DNA of 64,000 bases from Protoeuglena noctilucae (lineage: Eukaryota), in the NCBI GenBank assembly GCA_958009085.1, contig OY253683.1, forward strand, positions 496,001 to 560,000. Direction: 5' to 3'. Shown here in pieces: positions 11,201-21,887 of the stretch (the stretch's first letter is position 1; each line of letters opens with the position of its first letter). Position numbers and translations under genes: made by a program. A model generated the notes under the pieces. That model was not told the origin of the DNA. It worked only from the letters and a program-made list of their open reading frames with translations, and did no database searches.

Positions 11201-14200
11201 TCACCCGGGTTCCAGTAGTTGCGGGCGCGCGCCAGGAGCAGCCAGTCGTCCTTGTCAAAGGTGCAGGAGCCGTCCACGTCCCCAGGCGTGGCCGCGTGGA
11301 CGGCCTGCGTGCACGTCGTCTGCGCCAGCGCGCGCCCTGCGTCCTGCGCCCAGTGCTGCGCGCCGTGTTCCGCCAGCATCGCCGGCAGGAACGTTGGATC
11401 GAAGTCGACTTCAGACAAGAGCAGGCGGCGGGACGCGGAGACGACGATGGTGCCTGCTGCCGCGACGGCTGGGTACGAGGACGTCGTCTTAGGCACCGCC
11501 TGCGTCAGCGTGTCGACCGTGACCGTCACGCTGCTGCTGCCCAGCGCCTGGGCCACGAAGCTCAGCGTCGCCAGCTGCAGCGCCGCCCCTGGCCCCGCCG
11601 ACGTGCCCTGGAGGGTCAGCGAGACCTGACCCGCCACCGAGGTGGTGTCGCAGGACAGCAGCAGGGACCCGGCGTCAGGACCAGCCACGCACTGGGACAC
11701 CGCGACGGCGCTGCCGGTGAACATGACCCGCGCCGTGAGCTTCTGCACCGCCAGGGTGGGCGAGGCCAGCACCACCGGGACCGTCAGCACGTCGCCCACC
11801 TTGACGGAGGCCGCCGTGGTCACGGACGCGCTCGTGGGCGGGACCTGGAACTGCGGGCCGTACGCCACGCCCAGGTCCACGTCGCGGTCGCTGGGCGTCA
11901 GGTTGGCGTAGACCTGGGCGGTGGCCGACAGGGGCGCGCGGGTCCCGCACGCGTACCGGGCCGTGAGCGTGACGGTCTGCGTCCCCGAGGAGCTGGCTAG
12001 GAGCGTCACGTCGCCGTACTGCTTGCCGTCCGTCGCCGTGGCGATGGCGATCTGGGAGGGCTGGCTGGACGTGAAGGAAAGCAGCTGCGGCACCGGGAGC
12101 ACGTTGTTCGCGGCGCGGGCGTACCCCAGCACTTGCGTGTACGTCTGGTAGTTGGCCGTGTCCAGGGTCACGGTCGCCTCCAGCGTTGCCTGCGAGTTGA
12201 CGGCCCCGGTGAGGGTGCTCTGGCAGAGACCGTAGAGCGGGCCGGCTGCCGCGGCCGTCGCCGTGCACCACTGTGACACGGACAGGGTGAGGGACGCGAC
12301 CCCCGCAGGCGACGCATCCGACACCGACACAGCCACGGTCGCCAGCTGCGTCCCCCCGAGCGTCGCGGTCACGATGAGCGTGCCTGCCTGCGTGGGCTGC
12401 AGGCGGTTGGAGAGCCCCGCCACGCCCAGGTTCGCCAGCAAAGCCCCTCCAGCGGTCGGCGTGACGGTCAGCGTGGCCTGGGCGGTGACGTCGTAGCGGG
12501 TGCTGTCTGTCAGTTGCGCCTTGGCCCACACGGTTGCCTGCTGGTACGCCGTGGCGCAGTCGATTTTGTGGAGGGCCAGGGGCTGCGTGACGAACGCGGC
12601 GTCGCTCGTGACGTCCCCGGACGCGAGCGGCCCCACCGAGTAGTCCCGCAGCACCAGGGTGCCCGCCTGGAGCATCACCACCTGCACCGTCACCGTCTGC
12701 TGGGCCCCCGCTAAGAGCCCCGTCACAGTCACTTGGATCTTGGCCGACCCGACCCCCGTGACGTTGTCTCCAAGCAGCGGGGTCACCACCGTGTACCCCG
12801 ACGCGTCCTGGGACAGCGAGATGAGCGTCGCCCCGGACGTGATGGCAAACGTCGCTCGGGAGTCCTTGCTCAAGTCGAGCGTGGACCCGTCGCTGAGGCT
12901 CAGGAGCACCCGCAGCCGCGCCTTGGTATCCACTGAAATGGGCGCGGCGGCCGCGGGGTCGCCGGTGCGCGTCAGGCGCGTGACGGTGCGGGTGCCTGGG
13001 CCGGGGTAGTCCCGGAGGTCCAAGGTGGCGATGCCCTGCACGACTGCGGGCACGATGCGCGCCGGGGCGATGCCCGTAATGACCTGGGCCCCGCAGACGG
13101 CGTACGTGCCGCGGATGTAATAGCCGCACGCGGCCGAGGCGCCGTAGGTGGTGGAGAGGGTGGCGGTGGGCACCGACCCCGCGTTGACGGTGAAGGTGGA
13201 AGAGTCCAGCGACTGGAAGGTCGTGCTGGGCGTGACGTCCACGCGCGTACCGTCTGCGAGGACCAGGTACGCGCGGAGGAAGACCTGCTGCCCTGACTGG
13301 GTCAGTACCTGCCGGGGCGTGACTGACACAGCGGTGGGTGCGTCGGGGGAGAAGAGGCCGTTGGGGGGCCCGGTGGCGAGGGACGCGGAGGTGTAGGCGA
13401 CGACTTCGAGGGAGGAGAGGCACTCGGTCTGGGCGACGGTGGACACGGTGGCGGTCCCGCTGACGGCCGCGCTGGCACCCGAGGCGGTGATGGTGACGGT
13501 GTCGGGGCCGCCCATGCCCTGCAGGAGGCTGCCGCCCTGCACGGCCACGATGGACGAATCGGAAGACGCGAGGGTCACGCGGGAGGTGATGTCGACGTCG
13601 GCGACGGTGGCGAGCGGGGCGCCGTTGGCGGCGGCGGCCGTGAAGTCCGCTGAGACGCGGACGAGGGTGGCCTGGTACGTTGTGGAGGTGCAGGCGATGT
13701 TGGCGGTGGGGTAGATGCTCGGGAGGCTCGGGTCGGCGAGGTCGATGATCTTGTTGAGCTTCGTGCGGGAGGGTGTGACGTGGATGGCCGTCGGGAAGTA
13801 GACGGCCACCTGCACCGTGGCGCTGAGGCCGGACGCGGTGATCGTGAAGGGCACCGCCGCGCTCCCGGCCGTGTTGGTCGAGGCCACCGTCGCTGTGCAC
13901 CCTGAGAGAGAGAGCACCGACGCGTTGCCGGAGGCGACGGAGCAGGTGGGAGAGGAGGCGGGGGCGTCCGCGACGGTCGGATCGGAGCTGACCACGACCG
14001 CCTGGAGCGTGGTGGTGACGCTCGTGCCGTCCAGCACGACCGTGTTGACCAGGGCAGGGCGAGAGGCCCAGGCGAGGAGGCCCACGGGGCCGGCGGCGCG
14101 CACCAGCAGCTTGAACTGCGTCTGCGCGCCGCCCTGCGAGTCGTTGATCTGGCCCGTGGGCCGCGCGGCGACCGACTGCCCCGCGGACGTGAGGCCCACG

Positions 14201-17200
14201 AGGGTGACGGGGTTGGCCGCGTCGCCGGCACGCAGGGCGTTGGCGTAGGTGCCCGAGGCGACGGTCGAGAGCACCTGCATCTGGAAGGTCATGAGCAGGA
14301 GCGCCGAACCGGTCGTGTCGGACGCGGTGGCGGTTGAGGCGCGGCCGTAGGTGTTGAATGCAAGGTAGCCCGAGGACGCCTGGCTGACCACGAAGGGCTG
14401 CTGCCAGAGCGCCGAATTGACGGCGAAGGCCCCGGTGAAGGCGAGCTTGGAGGAGTCGTAGTAGACCGGGAAGGACCACACGAGGAGGCTGGCGCCGCCC
14501 GAGTCCGCCGTGACGGTGACCGTGAAGCGGGCGCCGGGGGCCAGGTACGTGGTGGGCATCGCGAGCGTGATGCCCGCGCCGGTCGGGGTCGTGTATTGCG
14601 GCGGCGGCTGCAGCGTCACGGCCAGCGCGGGCGACCGCACCGCGGTGCTGGTGTTGCCATTGTAGAGGACGCGGACGTTCGCCGTGGTGACGATGGCCGA
14701 GGCTCCCGCCGCGGGGAACGCGGCGAGGGGCACGGTCAGCGTGCACGTCCCGAGGCCGGTGGTCGGGTCGAAGGTTGAGGTCGCCGCATCGCAGGCGTCG
14801 GTGCGTGCGCCCGTGGCGCTGTTGGCCAGCTCGACTGAGGGGGTGCCGAGCCCCGCCGTGCCCACGACGACCTGCCCGTCGGCGTCCTTGAGCAGGTAGC
14901 GGAAGCTGAGCACGGGGGCGTCGGGGGACGCGGTCGCCACCCGCAGCACCGCGCTCATCGTCGATGCCGGCTGCGTCGCCACGGCGCCCGACACCGTCAT
15001 GGCCTGCTGGGTCGTCTGGTCGAGCACCGGCGACTTGGTCAGCGGCCCGCCGCCCGTGTACACCTCCAGCGACACCGCTGTCCCCGGGGTGGACCCCTCC
15101 AGCAGCCCAAAGGACCGGCTGCGGGTGGCCGTGGCGACGCCCGTGGTGCTGCCCAGGGCGGTGCCAGGCGACCCCGCGGCCACGTTGATGACCGGCCGCA
15201 GCGCCGAGGTGAGGAAGGCGTCCGTGCAGGTGGAGAGGTCGATGGAGGCGAACGTGGAGGCGTTGCCGACTTGCGTGGCCGCCACGGCCAGCACCGAGGG
15301 GTTGCGGTTCGGGGTGGGCTGGACCGTGTCCTGGCTGATGACGTAGAGCATGTACGACTGGGACGCCTGCACGCCGCAGCCCTGGGTGGTGACCCACTGG
15401 TTGGGCGTGGGCAGCGAGAGGATGCCCGAGAAGGGCGTGGAGCTGCCCGTGCTGTCCTGCAGGTTCCACAGCTGCGTGGGCGACGGCGCGGCGGCCGTCG
15501 AGGGCAGCAGCATCCACTTGGCCGTCGCAACCTTGTTGGCCTGCACCGACACGGCGTAGCCCGACGGGGCCGTGACCGTGGCCTTGGCCTGGAGCACGGG
15601 CGGCGTCAGGTCGAGCGTGGAGAAGGCCAGGATGGGGCAGTTATCCGTGGAGATTACGGCCGAGTTGGGTGGGCTCGCCTTGTCCTGCACCAGCACGTAC
15701 AGGCGGTAGGCGGTGGCCGACGTGAGGCCGGTGAGCGCGATCGTGCCCCCGAAAGTGCCGTAGTACTCCCCCGCCTGGTTGCCGATCTCCACGCGGTTGT
15801 CGCACGTGGCTCCCGTGCAGGGAGTCACGGTGCACACCGTGCCGGCCGCGTTGACGCTGCCGGCGACGGTGGCGGTGGCCCCGGTGGCGTCCTGCCCCGC
15901 CTGGATCTGAGCCGCCGTGGGGGCGCTGGCCGACTGGAGCGACAGGACATACCACAGCGACGTGGGCTTGTTCGCCGTGAAGTTCCAGGTGAACTTGGTG
16001 TCGGTGACCGTTACGTCGCCGGCGATGCACGAGGGGTCCAGGACCGGGGCGGCGATGTCGAGGGTCGACGTGGGCACCTGCTGCACCGTCGTGGCCATGT
16101 TGGGTGGACTGGCGTTGTCCTGGGCCGTGACGATCCAGATGAACTGGTTGGCGGCGTCCAGGCTGGTGCGGTTGATGTCCACAGAGGGACCTGCGGACGT
16201 GCGCAGGGCCGTGCCAGTGGCAACGTAGCTGGCCCCGTCCACCACGGTCGTCGGGGCCGCCGTGCCCTGCGCCACGGCCATGACCATGGCGGGGGTGACG
16301 CCCGTGGTGACCGTGGCGCACCCGCGGACCAGGACCCAAAACACCGACGCGGGTTTGCTGACGGTGACCGTCAGCGTCAGGGCCGTGGCCTGCCGCGCCG
16401 TGGCGGCGGCCGAGAAGGTCGGCGGGGTCAGGTCCGGCGTCGTGACCTGCCAGCACGTGGTGGTCGGCTGCACGTTGGGCGTGGGCGTGACCAGGTCCTG
16501 GGCGTACATGTAGATGGTGTACGTGGTGGCCTGGGCCGTGGGGCTCACGGTGGTCAGCACGGGCTGGTTGACCACGTTCACGCTGATGATGCCCGCCTGG
16601 GTCAGGGGGTCCGCCGTCGGGCGCTGCTGCGTGCGCACTTGGTCCACCGTCAGCGTGTAGGTCGAGCAGAGCGCGGCCCCGCCGATGACCATGTAAATGA
16701 CCTTGCCCGTCTTGTCCAGCTCGATGCTCATGTCGAAGCTGGTGGTGCCCATGTTGACCGCCTTGTACTGCACGAACGCAGGCGGCGTATTGCTGACCGT
16801 GCACACAGTGACCTGGGCCGGCGGGTCGGGGCGGCGGTTGGGCGTCGGCGTGGCGCGGTCCTGCGCCCCGAAGAAGGCGTCGTAGCACGTGGCGGGGTTG
16901 AGGCCCGTGACGGACAGGGCCGTGGCCGTGGCGGCCTGGTTGATGGGGAACGAGCCGTACTGCACGGCTGCCGTGCCCGAGATCAGGTCGTTGGTGGTCG
17001 GGGTGAAGGAGTTGGAGGGGTACATGGCCCAGTACACGGTGCCCGTCTTGCTCATCTGCACCGTGAAGGCCACGGTCGTGCGCTGGACGTCCGTCGACGC
17101 AGGCGTGCTGTTGATGAAGGCGGGCGGGGTCGTGTCCAGCGTCGTGACGGGCGTGACCTGGGAGAAGAGCGACGGAGGATTGTGAGTGCGGGGGCCATGT

Positions 17201-20200
17201 AGCGCCGGAGGGGCTGCCTGCGCATCAGCTGGCACTACACGGCCTGTGCACCTGACACTACAGGCGACGCTCAAGTCACCTGGAGGCCCTGGCGGGCGCC
17301 CGAGTCCGGGTTCTGAGACTGGGAGTACACCTGGTAGAGCGTCGCGTCGGTCACGGTGGCTCCGTTCTGGCCGTTGGCCACCGTGACGGTGATGGCCTGG
17401 TTGCGCTGGATCACTAGGGTCACCCCCGCGGCCATCTCGACCCAGGGCCCGGTCACGCACGTCTGCGCCAAAGCCCGTTTGGTCCTCCCCGCAAGCACCG
17501 GGCCCTCGCCGCAGTCCCCAGCACCCTGCCAGGCTGCGCCGCCACCCCTGGCCATCATCAGACGCCGCGCTGTGGCCGTGGGCGTCGCCGCAGACGTGGT
17601 CTTGGGTGTAGATGCAGGCGTGGGCATGGACACTGCAGCTGGCGTCGATGCCGGAGTAGCTGCGGACGTCGCTTTTGGCGTCGACGTCGGCGTGGGCGTT
17701 GCAGCAGCCGTGGAGGCTGGCGTCGCTGTGCCGGTCGGCGTGGCAGCGGACGTAGCCTTGGGCGTCGACGTAGACGTGGGCGTCGGCGTCGCAGCAGCGG
17801 TGGGCGTAGGGGTGGCAGCAGACGTGGCCTTGGGCGTAGGCGTCGGCGTGGGTGTCGCAGCGGTGGGCGTAGGAGTGGCAGCGGACGTAGTTTTGGGTGT
17901 CGCCGTCGACGTCGAAGTGGGCGTCGCAGCAGCCGTGGAGGCTGGCGTCGCTGTGCCGGTCGGCGTGGCGGCCGACGGGGTTGCAGTGGGCGCGGACACC
18001 GGCGTGGCACCCGCAGTCGATTTGGGAGTCGGGGTGGCCGTCCCGGACGACGTGGCAGCCGGCGTGGCAGTAGCAGCCGGGGTGGCAGTGCCGGCCGGGG
18101 TGGCGGCCGAGGTCGGGACGGGCGTGGAGGTCGCGGTGGGCTGGGACGCCCCCGGGAAGTCGAAGGGCCCCCGGATGGTGGGGAAGGGGCAGATGGGGTT
18201 GGCGGCCAGCAGCTCCGCGCACCGCTGGTTCATCTGGGCCTGGGTGACGACGGGGGTGGACCCGGCCGCCTGGTTGTTGGGCTGAACGATCCAGTAGCAG
18301 AGGATGCCGACGCTCTCGACGGCGATGTTGACCGTGAAGGACGTGGCCTGCACGTCCTTGGGCGTGACCGTGTAGGCGGGCACCAGGAGGCTGTCATCGG
18401 CCGTCTGCATCGACAGCGTGACGGCCGAGGACTGCAGCGCCCCGGAGGTGTTGGCCGCGGTGACGAAGACGCGGTAGGGGGTGTTGGGGAGCAGCGCGGT
18501 GGCCGAGGCGCTGCACAGCTGCGTGTTGCACGCCGGGCTAACGGTAGCCTGCGCCACCTGCTGCCCCGTCGCCGAGAAGGACCCCGCCGCCACGACCCCG
18601 CCGGGCGCGACGGCCTGGATCGACAGGCCGGCCGCCGTCTGGACGCTCGTGGCCGCCATGGTCGTCCCCGCCACGAACGCAAACAGCGTCTCCTTGTACC
18701 TCGCCACGGGCTCCCCCAGGACCACGGCGTAGTACACCGTGCCGTCCTTGTCGAGGGTGGCGGAGAGCGTGAAGGACGTGTAGCCGACGGAGTTGATGGA
18801 GGGGGAGACGAGGAACTTGGGGGGAACCATGTCGGGTCCCGGGGGAGGCGGAGGGGGCGGGGGCGGAGGGTACGTGAAGGGCGGCGGGGGCGGCGAGGGG
18901 GGCGGCGACGGCGGCGGGGGCGGGGACGGCGGAGGGGGCGGCGGCGACGGCGGAGGGGGTGGCGGGGACGGCGGGGGCGGCGCGGGGCCCACGAGAGTGA
19001 AGGTCGCGGTGCGGAGGGACCCCGCGAGGCGATCGTCTTTGGACACAGGAACGGCCATGAAGACGTACGAGACGCCCGGCTTGAGCCCGCCGCACCGGGA
19101 GCACGCCCGGCGGAGGCTATCTGGGGCGGGTAGGGTGCGGCGAGGGCGATTGGTGTGGAGCAGCACCAGCATTTGGAAAGGCCCGATTGCCCTTTCAACC
19201 CATGGAACTGTCGCAGGTCGCCCTGGGCCGACACCCTGGCTCGTGTCTCACCTCGGTAGATGGGGCTGCTTGGGCTGTGGGCCCTCATCGTTTGGAGGAT
19301 GTCTATGCACTCGGCGGTCGCAGGCGCATCTGGGACGCCGATCACCGAGGTCATGTCTAGCGTGGGTCCGGCCCACCCCAGGGCAGGCACGGGGTTCAGG
19401 GCGCCCCCCGCGGGGCCCCACAGCGTGAGGACGTGCAGCACGCGCTCCTGCGGGCACGTCGTTCGCAGATGATCATGCTTAGCTCAGGTCAAGAGAAAAA
19501 GATAAAGAACGAGCTTTACGACACAGGCTGGCACGAGACATGAAAGACAAGTGTGGTTTCCACAGAAGGGGCTGTGCACGCAACCCCGGTGTTGCATGAA
19601 TGACCCGCACCACCCCACAGCCGAGTGGCACCTGGGAGATGGGCGCCTCGCCGCACAGCACGGCCTTGCTCCCTGTGCCGCCCAGGCGGAATGCAGCGAG
19701 GTCCTTTCCAGAGATGCCCGGCCTCGCGGCGTTGACCTGGTTCGCTGGGAACACGGCCCACCGCACGCGGGCCTCGTGCTGGTTCGGGGTCACGTAAGCC
19801 ACTGACACTCCCACGTCCGCACTCCACCCCGTGGTGCTGAGCACCTGGGGGGTCGTGGTGATCTGCGGGGGCGGGGCAGTGTGATGGTTCTGGGATTTGG
19901 GCTGGGCCGGGTAGGATGTGGGAGAAGGCACGCCAGCGGGTGCAGTGCAGGTGCTACAAACGGAGGCGTGCGGACCAGGTGCAGCAGCTCCGTTTTCACC
20001 TTGGGAGGGGTCAGGAAGAGCGCCAAGAGGAGGGCGAGAATGGCGAGAAGCAGAAGGAGCAGCAGTAACAGCCAGATGCACCAGTTGCGAGGGTCGAAGA
20101 GAGCGTCGATGTGGGACTTGCGGCGGTAGTCCGCGAGGGCGGGGATCCAGAGGTTGTACGAGTGCACGAGGACGGCCGGGCGACGCTTGCCGTCCGTGGC

Positions 20201-21140
20201 GAGGCCCGGGGAGGCCCCGTCGGTGCCGACGCCCCGGTCGGTGCGCGGGGTCGCAGGCACGCTCGGCAGGCGGGCTCCCTGGACGAGCGCCGTCGCGGGC
20301 GTGGGTGCAGCGCGCCTCTGCGAAGGAAGGGCACGATGCGGTGGGCACGCGGGGCTCTAGCGCAGCCATGCTGTGCTCCAGCCCACTCCCCGAGCCTCAC
20401 CCGCAGCTCCCCGAGGTCCTGCTTCTGCCTCTCGATCTCCATATCCTTGGCGCGCAGCTCCTGTTTCAAACGCTCCACCTCGGCGTCCTTCCGCGCCACC
20501 TCCCGCTCGATCTTCTCCGTGGTCTCCCGGATCACCTCCCGCGTGATCTCCGGCCGCCGGAGGGCGTCCAGCTCGGCGCCCAGCGGCGCTGCCGGCGGCG
20601 CGCGCGCGAGGGCATCGTTGCGGGACTCGGCGTCACGGAGCCTCTGCCGCAACGACCGGGTCTCCGCCTCCAGACGGTCGATGTCCTCCTGCAGGGCCGC
20701 GCGCTCGCGCTCCGCCTCTCTCCGCGCGCGCTCCAGCCGCTCCTCGAGCTCCCGCTCCCGCGCAGCGTCGGCAGGGTTCCTGCGGCGCGACGCCGTCTCG
20801 AGCGCGCGGCGAAGCTGGGTGCGCGCGCGCTGGAGGAGGTCCCGCTGGAAGTTTTTGACGCGCCGCTCGATGTCCTCTTGCAGATACGACGTGCTGCGGG
20901 CGCGGTCGCGGTGGCAAGCTTTGAAGAGGGCTGCCCGGCCTCATTTCACACCCCCCGGCGCGCACAGAGCGTCGGGCCACGCGCACGCCAGCCCATCTCC
21001 TACCTGGCTGCATCAACATCCCAGCTTTGCCCCAGCGCGGGCGAACCGTATGGACTCGGGTCCCTGCCAGACCCCTGCCGCGAAGCATAGAGGCTGTTGT
21101 CCACCATACGCGGCCTGCGAGGGGCGAGGGGCATAGCCAT
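8255..21140 (-). CDS. Giant (~3,840 aa) type II membrane / cell-surface protein: coiled coil, TM, FnIII-like repeats, extensin- and mucin-like stalks, TMEM132-like cohesin+Ig block, second cohesin, dockerin-like motif, further FnIII-like modules
   Basis: Eleven phase-compatible exons: 21140-21004, 20893-20401, 20278-19976, 19862-19632, 19447-19252, 19120-17280, 17157-11205, 11080-9090, 8899-8743, 8603-8439, 8316-8255. They sum to 11,529 nt (divisible by 3) and end in TGA. One hydrophobic segment (WCIWLLLLLLLLLAILALLLALFL, ~20012-20083); no C-terminal TM seen. Confidence 0.8.
17570..18140 (-). repeat. Coding tandem repeat encoding a Thr/Ala/Pro mucin-like stalk (units like ATSAATPTPT / TATPASTAAATP)
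   Basis: Degenerate 15-30 nt units; the ~44-nt block GCAGCAGCCGTGGAGGCTGGCGTCGCTGTGCCGGTCGGCGTGGC occurs at ~17701 and ~17926. Confidence 0.85.
18836..18988 (-). repeat. Coding Ser-Pro(n) extensin-like (HRGP) repeat
   Basis: PAPPPPSPPPPPPSPPPPPPSPPPPPSPPPSPPPPPFTYPPPPPPPPPPG in ORF 17271..19172. Confidence 0.9.
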
Positions 21141-21887
21141 CGAGTCTCTTGCAAGTAACGATCCAAGCTCACTCTCCAAAACGGGACACGCAGGCGGAGA
21201 GCGCGGCCAACCATCCATCCTCACGTTTCGCCATCCATGGGCGACGACAGGACTCGCGTGCCTGCGGGCGTGGACTCTCGGACAGACGTGCCTGCCGGGG
21301 GCCGCCGCGGCGACCGCAGGGCAGCCTCCAGCGCCGACATGGGCTCCCCCTAGCCCTGAGTTGTGCTAGCAGGGCGTCCAAGCAACATCGGCGGCGCGCC
21401 GGCCCGTCCGGGCGCACTGACTACACTACCCGGATGCTTTTGGAAAGAGCGGATCCCTCGATCAAGCGCGACGCGCGGATGCAGCGGTGGGTGCGCGCAC
21501 AACGATCGAGATGTATTTGAATGCTGGGCCCACCAGCCGCAAGCGCCAGCCGCGAAAGGAGGTCGCAGGGACGCAGTAGGCTGAGGAGCTACTGTGGGAG
21601 GAATGTAGGAGAAAGAGGACGTGAAACTCGCGATGCTGGGAGGCCCCTTAAGCCTGACTCAGGTCGCCTGTTGGCCTCCCTTCCTCTGCTCGCGGCGCTG
21701 AGCACGGCAGTAGTTCACTTGGTATACTTTGAGGCCGGGCTGGCGTCGAGTCGCGCGTAGGGGCGTCGTTGGGAGCTTTCTTCAACTTTGCTTTCTCTCG
21801 GGGGCGGATTTGCGGTCAAGAGGCGTGCACCCGATAGAAATGCATGGGTGGCTGACCAGCAGCTAGCTTTTCACCGACGTGCTGCTC

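Noticed and set aside
17570..18140. Repeat array as CRISPR or satellite DNA
   Set aside because: Units are in-frame with synonymous variation and no unique spacers; it is a coding mucin-like repeat.
8367..18285. Long plus-strand and alternative-frame ORFs over the giant gene (e.g. 8367-10967 +, 11675-15517 -, 15271-17202 +, 17356-18285 +)
   Set aside because: Shadow ORFs caused by high GC and strong codon bias; Arg/Gly/His-rich translations with no recognisable domains.
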